Under the pieces are notes generated by a model, which was not told the DNA's origin, did not search any database, and saw only the letters and a program-made list of their open reading frames with translations. 64,000 nt of DNA from the NCBI GenBank assembly GCA_013265495.1, contig MU057632.1, forward strand, positions 356,054-420,053, written 5' to 3'. Of the stretch, positions 50,190 to 61,325 are shown one piece after another; the first letter of the stretch is position 1; each line of letters starts with the position of its first letter. Source of the DNA: Vicugna vicugna (taxonomy: Eukaryota). Made by a program: the position numbers and the translations under genes.

Positions 50190-50680
50190 TTTCATTCTTC
50201 TCTACCTAGGCTACAGATTCCATCTCTCAGAGACTTTTCTCCTGTAATTATCCTTTGTCTCTCTCCTTCTGCACTTAAATATTCACATCAGAAAACAAAG
50301 CTGCTCTAAAACAAAAGAAAACAAAACTGAAAACAGCAAAAATCACCACCCTCCCTTAAACTAGCTCCTGTCCCATCGCTCTACTCGCCTTCTAAGCAAA
50401 ATTTCTTGAAGAAGCTACAAGTCGTTGTCTTCATTTCCTCTCCTCCTGTTCTCTTCTCCATCCATTCCAGCTGGCCTTCCCTCCTCAACTCCACCAAGAA
50501 CTCCTGATCAATTGCTGCCATGTTGCCAAACTCAAGAATCAATTCTCTTGTCTCTTGGTATTTAACTTCTTTGCAGCATTTGACCCAGTTGGCCATGCCT
50601 TTTCTCTAGCAACCCACTCTTTCCAGCTCCTGTGATGGTATCTCCTTGGTCCTCCTTCCAGGACACTGCCTGCTGCTTGG
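50190..50680 (+). mobile_element. L2 relic
   Basis: 'ccatgttgccaaactcaa...ctttgcagcatttgacccagttggcca'. Confidence 0.65.
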
Positions 50681-50689
50681 CTGCTTTAA

Positions 50690-52710
50690 TTAATTTTTTG
50701 GCAATGGTTTTCCTGAGATACAATTCACATACTGCATAGTCACTCATTTCAAGTGTATAATTCAATGGCTTTTTGGATATTCAGAGTTATGCAAGCATTG
50801 TTACAATTTTAGAACATTTCATCATCTCACAAAGAAACCTGATACTTTTCAGCATTTATTTCCCATTTCCTTTTAACTGTCTCCTGGGCAATCACTAATC
50901 TACTAGCATGAACAGGTGTTGGATTTCGTCAAATTCTTTTCCTCCTTTTGATATTATGATCATGTGATCTTTCTTCTTTAATCTGCTGGTGTGATGAATT
51001 ACATTAATTGAGTTTTGAATGTTGAAGCGGCCTTACATACCTGGGATACCTGATGTGGTGTATAATTCTTTTTACACATTGTAGAACTGGACTCACTAAT
51101 ATTTTGTTGAAGAATTTTGCATCTATGTTCCTGAGAGATGCTAGTCTGTTCTCTTTTCTTGCAATATCCTTGTCTGGTTTGTCTGTTTCGGCATTAGGGT
51201 AATGCTGGCCTCATGAAATAAGTCAGAAAGTATTCCTTCTGCTTCTATCCTCTGAGAGGGATTGTAGATAATAGCTATAATTTATTTCTGAAATATTTGG
51301 AATTCACCAGTGAACCTACCTGTGCCTGGTGCTGTTTTAAGGTTATTAATTATTAATTCATTTTTAATAGATAAGGGCCTATTCAGATTGCCTATTTCTC
51401 CTTGTGTGCATTTTGGCAGATAATGTCTTCCAAGGAATCACTCCATTTCTCCTACTTTAACAAATTTATTGGCATAAGAGTGTTCATAATAATCCTTTAT
51501 TATCTTGTAGTGTCCATGGGATCTGCAGTGGTGTCTCTCTTTCATTGTTGATGTTAGTACTTGTATCCTTCCACTTTCAGTCTGGCTAGAGGCTTAACAA
51601 TTTTGATTGTTTTAAATAACCAGTTTTTGGTTTCACTGATTTTCTCTATTGACTTCCTGTTTTAACGTTCATTGATTTCTGCTCTAATTCATATTATTTC
51701 TTTTCTCCTCTAATCTACATTCTGTCTCTACAGATTAGTCTATTCTGGATATTTTACATAAATGGAATCATACAATCTGTGGTGTTTTGTGACATCATAC
51801 TGTTTTCAAGTTTCATTCCTTTTTATTGCTGAATTATTCCATATTTTATACCACATTTTATTTTTCCATTCATTAGTTGATGGACATTTGGGTAGCTTCC
51901 ACTTTGAAGCTATTATGAATAATGCTTCTATGAACATTCATATTCAAGTTTTTGTGTGAACATATATTTTTACTTCTCTGGGTATATATCTAGAAGTGGA
52001 ATTACTGGGTTATATGGCAACTCTAGGTTTAGCCCTTTGAGGAACTGCCAGACTGTTTCCCAAAGTCACTGCATGTTTTATATTACCAGTAGCAGTGTAT
52101 GACAGTTCCAACTTTGCCATATTCTTCCCAACACTTATTCTTATCTGCCTTTTGTATTATAGCCATCCTAGTTGGACTGAAGTGGTATCTCAGTGCTGTT
52201 CAGTTTGCATTTCCCTGACAGCTAATGGTGTGAAATATCTTTCCTTACACCTATTGATCATTTTTATATCTTCTTTGGAGAAATGTCTATTCAGATCCTT
52301 TATTCCATTTAAAAAATTGGGTTATTTGTCCCTTTATCATTGAGTTGTAAGAGTTCTTTATATAGTCTGGGTACTAGACCCTTGTTGAATACATGCTTTG
52401 CAAATATTTTCTCCTCTTTTGTGGGTTGTCTTTTTCTTGATGGTACCTTCAGAAAAATAAGTTTTAACTTTTGATGAAGTCCAATTAATTTATTTTCTTC
52501 TATTGTTCATGTTTTTGGTGTCCTATCTAAGAATTCTATGCCAAATCCAAAGTCTTGATGATTCACCCCAAAGTTTTCTTTTAAGAACTTTATAATTTTA
52601 GCTCTGACATTTAGGTCTTGATCCATTTTAAGTTATTCTGTATATGGTGTGAAATAAGGGTTCAACTTCAATCTTTTGCATGTAGCTATCAAGCTGTCCT
52701 AGCAGCACTG
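50690..52710 (-). mobile_element. Old LINE-1 (L1MB-like 3' end plus ORF2 end) containing a nested L1 ORF2 fragment
   Basis: 'tgagatacaattcacatac...' 3' UTR; resumes at 51710 with 'tctgtctcta...ataaatggaatcatacaa' and continues into degenerate ORF2 ('tttggagaaatgtctattcagatcc'). Confidence 0.85.
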
Positions 52711-52739
52711 GCTGATGTCACTCCTTCCTCATTTGAAAT

Positions 52740-54790
52740 ACCTATTGCATATTAACAAGTTCACCTGCATATCTGACAGGCATCTCAGATTTGATTTGCC
52801 AGAAGAAAATTCTTGATTTTTTCTTTACTAACTTATCTCTGCTCCTTCTCTAGTCTTCCCCACCTCAGCAAATGGTATCATTATACACTCAGTTGTTCAA
52901 GCCAGTCATTTATCCTTGTTTTCTTTTTCTGCTCCATCAGCAATTCTCTTATCCTATCTCCAAAACACATACTAAATTCATTCTCTTTATCTTCTCTTCT
53001 CTCTCCTATCTGTCTTCACTTTTTAAGTGATTTCACAGTTCCATGGCTCACACGCTATCTGTGAGACACTGTGATAACTCAAATTCGTATCTCCAGTTTC
53101 ATCTCCTACTCTGAACTTCAGTTTTATATATATACACAACTGTCTAGTGGACAACTCTACATGGATATTTAATGGGCATCTTGAATGTACCGTGTCCAAA
53201 TGCGAGCACTTGCTCCCCAGCCCCCCCCCCATAGTCTGTATTTTCCGACTCCCAATTCCAGTCAATGGTATCACCATCCACCTATTTGTTCAGGAGAAAA
53301 GCTTTGGCATTTTCTTGGGTCCTTACTCTCATCCCCAATATCCAATGGTTTAGCAAATCCTGCAGGCTCTACTTTCCAATTATATCCAGAAAATGACCAC
53401 TTACTACTTACACAGTTAGCAGCCTAGGCCAACTCACCATCATCTCTTGCCTGGTTCACTCCAATGATGTCCAAATGATCCCCATTTCCTTTCTCCCACT
53501 CCACATCCATTGTATTTTTTCCATACAGCAGCCAGAGTAATTCTTTTAAAAATACAGGCTCTCTCTCCACAATCTTTCAATGGCTTTTCAAAAAATTTAG
53601 AAAAAAATCCACACTCCATGGTCTACCTGACTGCACAATCTTGCCCTCGCTAGCCTCCAGATTCCAACTCTTGCCACTTGCATCAGTGCTCCCAGCTGTG
53701 CTCCAGCCCCACTGGTGCACATCTCCAAGCACATTCTCACCCTGGGGTCCTCTCGCTGTCCCTCTGCCCAAGTCCTTTCTCCAGACAGCTGCAGTACTAG
53801 TATCCTCACTTTATTTACATCTGATCAGAAGTCTTCCCCGACCAACCTGTCAAACACAGTCCGACCACTACCAACCTGTCAAACACAGTCCGACCACTGA
53901 TCATTCCTTTTGACTGCCTATACTCTCCATTGAATATAAGCTACATGAGGGCAAGTTCTTTGTTTTTGATCCTTACTGCAGATACAACGTTCAGAACAGG
54001 ATTTGGCACATAGTAGGCTATCCATAAATAAGTTGAATGAATAAATGAATGTCTTTCTCACTGCCACCTTACTTTAAGCCACTCTGTTATCTTGCCTAAT
54101 GATCTAATAATCTCCTAATGGGTCTTCTGGCTTCTACTTTTGCCTCTCACAGTCTAATCTCCACAGAGCAGAGAACACTGTGTTTTGTATGTGCTAATCA
54201 GATCAAGTCATCCTCGTGCTTAAAATGTCCCAGTGGAAACTAGTCATACAATGCAATTCCGAAACAGCACAATACCTACACCACAATCACACGATCCAAT
54301 CCAAACTTCTTACATGTGATTCAGGAAGGTAGCCAGGTGCTCTGTCCTGCCTGCCTCTCAGGATCTCAGTCCACATTTCCAGCCATACTGACCCTCAGGC
54401 ACCTCTAGCTCACTTCCATCTTTGGACCTTTTTTTTTTTCTGATGCTAACTGGTCCTTCGCCATGAAACACTCATACCCCAGGGTTCACAGGGCTGGCCT
54501 GTTTTTGGTCATTGAGACTTTGGTTTAAACATCCCCTCATCTGAAGGGACTTTCTTGATGACCAAGTGTCACGTGGACATGAGTCACTCTGACTCATGGC
54601 TCGTTTTAGATCTCTCCTTCTCTTGACCTGATACTCTTCTCACCTACTGGGGACTGCCTGCCTCCTTCTCCCCAACCCCAACTAGAATACAATCTCCAAG
54701 AGATGAAGGATTGTGCTTGCTTTGTTCAACACAGTATCCCTAGCATCTACGACAGTAGTCGATGCCGATTAGGTGCTTAATATTTATTTC
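52740..54790 (+). mobile_element. Cluster of L2 relics
   Basis: Several L2 motifs and two L2 3' ends ('ggcacatagtaggct...ataaataagttgaatgaataaatgaatg' ~54004; 'ttaggtgcttaatattt' ~54770). Confidence 0.7.
53841..53898. repeat. Perfect 29-bp tandem duplication
   Basis: accaacctgtcaaacacagtccgaccact twice. Confidence 0.95.
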
Positions 54791-55559
54791 TCGCACCAAA
54801 TAGTTTATATTTCTTCATCTTATCTGATATCAAACACATCTCTAGTTAGAGGAATATATTCTGGTAAAACCTCATACAGTTTTTTGTTTGTTTTTTTTTG
54901 TCATTCCAAATGGGTCCAATTTTCAGTTGGGACAAATTTTCCAGTTAAACTAGCACGGTGTTTGCTCACAATTAGAAGTCACATGTCCACAACGTTTGCT
55001 TAGTGTTCTGAGTATGATCTTTCTAGCAATTTGGGTTTTCCAGATTTTCTTTTCCCCTTGGAGGTAGCTATTACCAACACAATGATCATAAGACCTTATA
55101 GCTGTACAGTAACTTTGAGTTTACAGAGTCATTCCTAACAAGCGAGCTTTTGATCTGCCCCCAAACCCTGTAAATTCATTGGCGTTGTATATTGAGATGA
55201 AAACAAAAGTGCAGAGAGATGAATGACTTTCCCAAGGACACTGGACAAGGACATGGAGGAGCTAGAACTCACTTCAGGTTTCTTTTTTCTCCCCAAATGT
55301 CTTGTTCTTTCCACAACAGCACACGATTGCCCCTCAAAGGGCTACTTGGAAACGTAGAACATTGAAAATGCATTTTCCTCCTCTCTAGGACTTGCAAAAC
55401 CTCTACTAGAATGCTATGGAACTCAGAGAAAGCACTGGCCACAGCCTTCCTTTTGCGACAGAAAGTACAGAAGTCACAGACCTGAAACGAACACCTTTCT
55501 TCTGATAACACAGTTTGTTCTGGTACTAAAATATCAGAATGATAAGAACGTGTATTTTA

Positions 55560-55980
55560 ATTACTCAACCATAAAAGAATGATATTCTGCCATTTGCAGC
55601 AATGTGGACGGACCTAGAGAATATTATGCTCAGTGAAATAAGTGAGACAGAGAAAGACAAATATTATATGATGTGATTTATATGTAGAATCTAAAAACAA
55701 TATAAATGAATGCATATATAAAACAAAAACAGACTCACAGACATAGAAAACAAACTTACGGCTACCAAAGGAGAGAGGGACAAATTAAGGTTATGGGATT
55801 AACAGATACAAACTGCTATGTATAAAATAGATAAGTGACAAGGATATACTGAATAGCACAGGGAATTATAGCCATTATCTTGCAATAACCTATAATGGAG
55901 TATAATCTGCAAAAAATACTGAATCCCTAGGTTGTACACCAGAAACTACATAATACTGTAAATCAGCTATACTTCAATAA
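55560..55980 (+). mobile_element. LINE-1 3' end
   Basis: 'gccatttgcagcaatgtggacggacctagagaatattatgctcagtgaaataag...ctatacttcaataa'. Confidence 0.9.
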
Positions 55981-57360
55981 CACACAATTTACACTTCAGG
56001 CATGAAGAATCTTGACACAAGACAATAAAGAGCACCCAGCACGACTTGTAACTGACACCACATGCATTTATTTAAAGGAAGGATTTATTGAGAAACCCTG
56101 GAAATTTGCAAACTTTGGGGAAAGAATATGACAGGAGATGAGTGCATGTGTGGGAGAAAGACGAAAAATAGGTTCTTGAACCTGTAATTTTAACTCCCAC
56201 TCTGTTTCTTTCAAATGTCTACATGGATAGTGTTTATATTAACTCATCCCTTTGAGGCCAGCACATCCCTGCCTGGGGGGGTATTATGCTTGTTTAAAAA
56301 ATAATTAGTGTAAGGTTTGTTGATATTTTTCAACATGCTGTGGAAGTGACACATGTAGGGACCAGGGCACTAGCACTTTTTCAAAAAAATAAATAAGAAG
56401 ATCTGTGTTTACATGCAGGATAATTTTAATAAAGGAGATTACACTGCGTACATTTCATAGGCGACTAAAAGCTACCATTTATGGAATGAATATTTATTAT
56501 TGTTCTATGAAAACAGATCGGATCCTGGATAATAGCTTCTCAAAATAGTTGTGTAGGTTTCTGTGTGTGTGTGTGTTTACTACAAGCATGACTAACATGG
56601 TTCAGTGCTACCCAATTAGCTTTCTATCTTGGGAAGATGAGATTAAATGTTTAAATCAGATTCAAATGACAACGATAAGGCCAATTTAGCAGAAAGCCTA
56701 AAAAGAAAATGGAACTAAAATGGATGAATGTAATGCGTTTAACTTCAGCGATTCTGGAGACACAGTGGCAAACAAGATGCAGGGTTACTTACTCACTTAG
56801 ACACTGCGCAGTGCTGTCCTCCTCTCATTGGGACATTAGGTTGTGTTTACTCCAGTTACTGAGGAAAATCTGTCTAGCTTTGGATGCTAATCTAAACTGG
56901 CTTCCCTGTAGACTCCAAGAGCATCACATTTGGGGTCATACTCTGTTACCTGTTGTTCCTGAGGTTTTCTAAGCCTTTCACTGTCAAGCCTTGTTTGACC
57001 GCTGTGAGAGGGGAGGTCTGATTACAATGACGGAGGGTTGGAGGTCCTACCACTAAATGTGTTGTCTTCAGTCACGAGATGTGCAGACTCTAAATTAAAA
57101 ACATATTTGAAAAGAAGCACCCATAGGCTACCCAGTTAGGCAGGAGTGAAGCTGTGTTTCAAACACAGGCTTGTGCTCCATGCCTCTCCTCACTTCCCTA
57201 CACTTTTCTCTCTGAATTAAAGCCATACTGAGATGTCTACATCTGTAAAGTTACCCCCCAAAAAAAGTGTTTTTCCTGATGGTGTTCCCCTAAACTTCAT
57301 TTCCTCCAACACAACGTGACTTTATGAATTTTTCATATATAGAATGCCAGCAGATATATT

Positions 57361-57525
57361 TTTTTCTTTTTAAAAAAGTCTTCGTTTTTGTTTTTTGGGG
57401 GCAGATAATTAGCTTTATACACTTATTTTAGTATTAGTATTTTTTAAACGGTGGTACGGGGGATTCAACCCAGGACCCTGTGCATGCTAAGCACGTGCTC
57501 TACCACTGAGCTATATACCCTTCCC
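57361..57525 (-). mobile_element. tRNA-Ala-derived SINE (Vic-1-like, long form)
   Basis: 'gggattcaacccaggacc...catgctaagcacgtgctctaccactgagctata'; TSD tgccagcagRtat at 57345 and 57527. Confidence 0.92.
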
Positions 57526-58619
57526 GTGCCAGCAGGTATTTTTGATTGATTGGCCTCTTCAGTGGGTTCTCTCTGGCTGAGAGTGAATACCACCTGCGGA
57601 CGGGGCTGGGAAGAAGGAAGCTGTCTCCTGATCACACCTCTGACCTGGCTCTGGCCGTGAAGGGAGGTGTGTGTGGGGCTTGGCCACCGTGATAGAGGAA
57701 AGTCAGGCCTTTCCAGTGCCTGGCTTTGGACATTCCAGATACTACCTAGGAATCTTGATGACTTCTGCTTACCAAAGGTTTGTTTCCAGCTGCTACTACT
57801 GCTACTGGGGGTGAGAATATCTTCAGTGTCACTCCACCATATCCCTGAGGATAGCTACCTGCCATAATTTAGATGACTGTATCCGCTCCCCAATCCTTAA
57901 TCAAAGATATAAATATTAGTATTTACAAAAAAATACGTGTATTGCAGGACCACAAAGATGTCTTCTAGAACCATGGGGGCAAATTAGCCATGTAAGAAAA
58001 TGAAGGGACATCTGAAAAATATGTATATTATTTAGTAATCCTGGAAGCACTGCAAAAAATTATGACTGTATAACCTTTTATGTTTATATGTGTGATGATT
58101 AAATCTTATTTATATGGATGTGTTTGGGTAGGTTATATAGAACCACATACATATGTTAATTATTACTTGTAATGCAGCTTAGAAAAACACACTATTAGAA
58201 AGGAGGCTAAAGGGGGGAAGATATATGAAAGAATAAAGCTGTAAAAACTTTTTAAAGACTCAATTAGCCATTAAATTGGTCATAATTTTTACCTAATGAA
58301 ACTTAGGCAGAAAATACCCTTATAATTTTACTATATTATTGGTTTTCATAATCTTTAAAAATATTTAAGCTCTTCTTATCTCTGAATCTGTAAAATGATA
58401 GTGATTACAGCTAGTTATTTTGTTAAAGTTCTTTTCCCAAAGGCATTATAATTCCAAAAGAAAAGAGAGAAATAAATTGACCATTCTTAGCTCATTTAAT
58501 ATTTCTGGAAATTTTTACCTTCCATCTACAAGTGAAGGCAGTAAGACTGCCTAAGGGCCAAGCTAACAATGTCAAATTCCAGGTATACCATAAATACTTT
58601 AATTCTTTTAGTGCCTCAG

Positions 58620-59758
58620 AATTGACAAATGCATCCAAAAATGGGACCCCCCAACCAGGGGCCTAATCAAACTTATAAGCTTTTGTACCGCAAAGGAAAC
58701 TATAAACAAAAAGAAAAGATAACCAACAAACTGGGAGAAAATATTTGCAAATGATGTGACTGACAAGGGCTTAATTTCCAGAATATACAAACAGCACATA
58801 CAACTCCATAACAAAAAAACAAACAACCCAATCAAAAAATGGGCAGAAGACCAAAATAAACATTTCGCTAGTGAAGACATACAGATGGCCAGTAGGCACA
58901 TGAAAAGATGCTCAACATCGCTAATTATCAGAGAAATGCAAATCAAAACTACAATGAAGCATCACATTAATGATCACAGAATGGCTATTATTAAAAAGTA
59001 GAGAAGCTCTGTGGAGAAAAGGGAACCCTCCTGCACTGTTGGTGGGACTATAGTTTGGTGCAGCCACTATGGAAAACAGTATGGAGGTTCCTTAAGAAAC
59101 TAAAAATAGAGTTACCATATGATCCAGCAATTTCACATCTGGGCATGTATCTGGAAAAGACAAAAACTTTAATTTGAAAAGACACATGCACTCCAATGTT
59201 CACAGAAGTACTATTTACAATAGTCAAGACATGGAAACAACCTAGATATCCACTGACAGATGACTCGATAAAGATGTGAGATAGATGTATAGATATCTGT
59301 ATCTATATATATAATGAAATAATGCCATTTGCAGCAACATTGATGGACCTAGAGATTATCATACTAAGTGAAGTCAGTCAGAGAAAGAAAAATATCACAT
59401 GATGTTGCTTATATATGGAATCTAAAAAAAAAATATGACACAGATGAACTTATTTAGAAAACAGAAACAGACTCACAGACATGGAGAATAAACTTATGGT
59501 TACCAAAGGAGACTGGGTGGGGAGGGGAGGAATAAATTAGGAGTTCAAGATTAGTAGATACACACTACTGTATGTAAAATAGATAAACAACGAGGACATA
59601 CTGTATAGCACAGGGAACTATATTGAATATCTTGTAGTAGTCTGTAATGAAAAAGAATAAGAATATATATATGTATAACTGAATCACTATGCTGTACACC
59701 AGAAACTAACGCAATGTTGTAAACCGACTATACTTCCAATTTAAAAAAAAACAAAAAA
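58620..59758 (+). mobile_element. 5'-truncated LINE-1 (ORF2 3' part plus 3' UTR)
   Basis: ORF 58756-59001 ([10 protein letters not shown]...NPIKKWA...[20 protein letters not shown]) is L1 ORF2p; frameshifted; 3' UTR and A-tail follow. Confidence 0.95.
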
Positions 59759-60995
59759 GCTACATACACTTTCTCAGTTGTTGACTGTAGACAGTCATGA
59801 AATAGAAAAGATTAACAATATATAGATTTTAAACCTTCAGAAAACAGAGACCCGCCCAAAAGGTGACCATGTAAATAAAGGAGGGTGACTATTACCAGAG
59901 ATAAATTTATAGAACAAATAATACAATAAAAGCTAGCCATGACCATGGACACAAACTAGGAATTAGAAACTAGTTACAAAAACTAAAAGCGTAAGCTCAG
60001 AACGTGAAACATTAGATGGATGTTTCTTTTTTTCTGTTGTGCTTTCCTTGTGAAATTTTTCTTTAATATAGTCGCTGCTGTATTTTTTTCCCCGTCAGCT
60101 AAGCAGACCAGATAAGCAGGTGCCTTTAGGGTTTGGTTCTTCAGTTTTGACAATAGATATAGTATAATGTTATGAAGAAGGGCAATGTGTTAATGGGCAG
60201 ACATATCCAGCCAATAACTGGTGAAAAAATAATACCCGCCCTTTCTAGCCCGGAGGGTTTCCATGGGAATCCTGTCTATATTAGCTCTGGCAAAGACATG
60301 TGCCTATTTTTAGAGGTTCTGAAAGCAAGTAAGAATGCCTTTCACTTTTATTCCAAAGCTGATCTGGTATCTATGACCATGAACCCTCTCATCCCACGGA
60401 CATGTGTGCGCACGTGCACGTACGCGCGCGCACACACACACACACGCTCCTGAAAAAAATGACTGTATTCAGCTTTAACTTGCATGAGCTCCAAATCGAA
60501 AGCCAAGTCACTGATTCTCTTTTTCCACATGGTTCAGGTGCTGACAAGTCTGTCTTTTTAATTAGCTCTAATTGCCCCTAAAACTTCACCCAAGAGGCCT
60601 TGCTATTGGCCCCAAATCTGGAGGCTAATGCTGCACTTGCAACCAAAGCCTTTCCTGGTACAGCATCAATTTCTGGACCTGGTTGATTAATACATTAAGT
60701 TCCTAAGGACAGATGGAGTTGCATGGGAGCACAGCCTTGTGGCAGAGAAAGTCCGTCATCTGGAAAAATGCTCCTTTCCCCTCTCATGAAATTATCTGCT
60801 CAGAGGAGCTCTGTGTCATTCAAGGGGGGGGGGTGTGCTGGGTGTGTTTGTCTGTTCTGCTCAGTAATAGCTGTCTTCACCTTGCCTTCTGACCCTTTTA
60901 GGAAGTTGTGCCTCCTCTGCACAACTGATCTACTTTCTTCCCTTTTATTCTTAGCATACTTTGAAGTCTCATGACTACTTCGATTAAAAAAAGAC

Positions 60996-61325
60996 TAAAA
61001 AAATGATACAAATGCACTTATTCACAAAACAGAAACAGACTCATAGACATAAGAAACAAAATTATGGTTACCAATGGGGAAAGGGTGGGAGGGATACATT
61101 AGGAGTTTGGGATTAACAGATACACACTACTGTATATAAAGCAGATAAACAATAAGGCCCCACTGTATAGCACAGGGAAATATATTCAGGATCTTGTAAC
61201 CTATAATGAAAAATGATATGAAAAGGAATATATATATATATATATATATATGAATAACTGAATCACTATGCTGTCCGCCAGAGGCTAACACAACATTGTA
61301 AATCAACTATACTTCCAAAACAAAC
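60996..61325 (+). mobile_element. Young LINE-1 3' end with (TA)n
   Basis: 'aaacagaaacagactca...ggagtttgggattaacagatacacactac...attgtaaatcaactatacttc'; TSD aaaaagact. Confidence 0.92.

Noticed and set aside
57790..57810. LLLLLLG followed by gtgaga as a signal-peptide exon
   Set aside because: It is a short (CTR)n triplet run with no in-frame ATG upstream.
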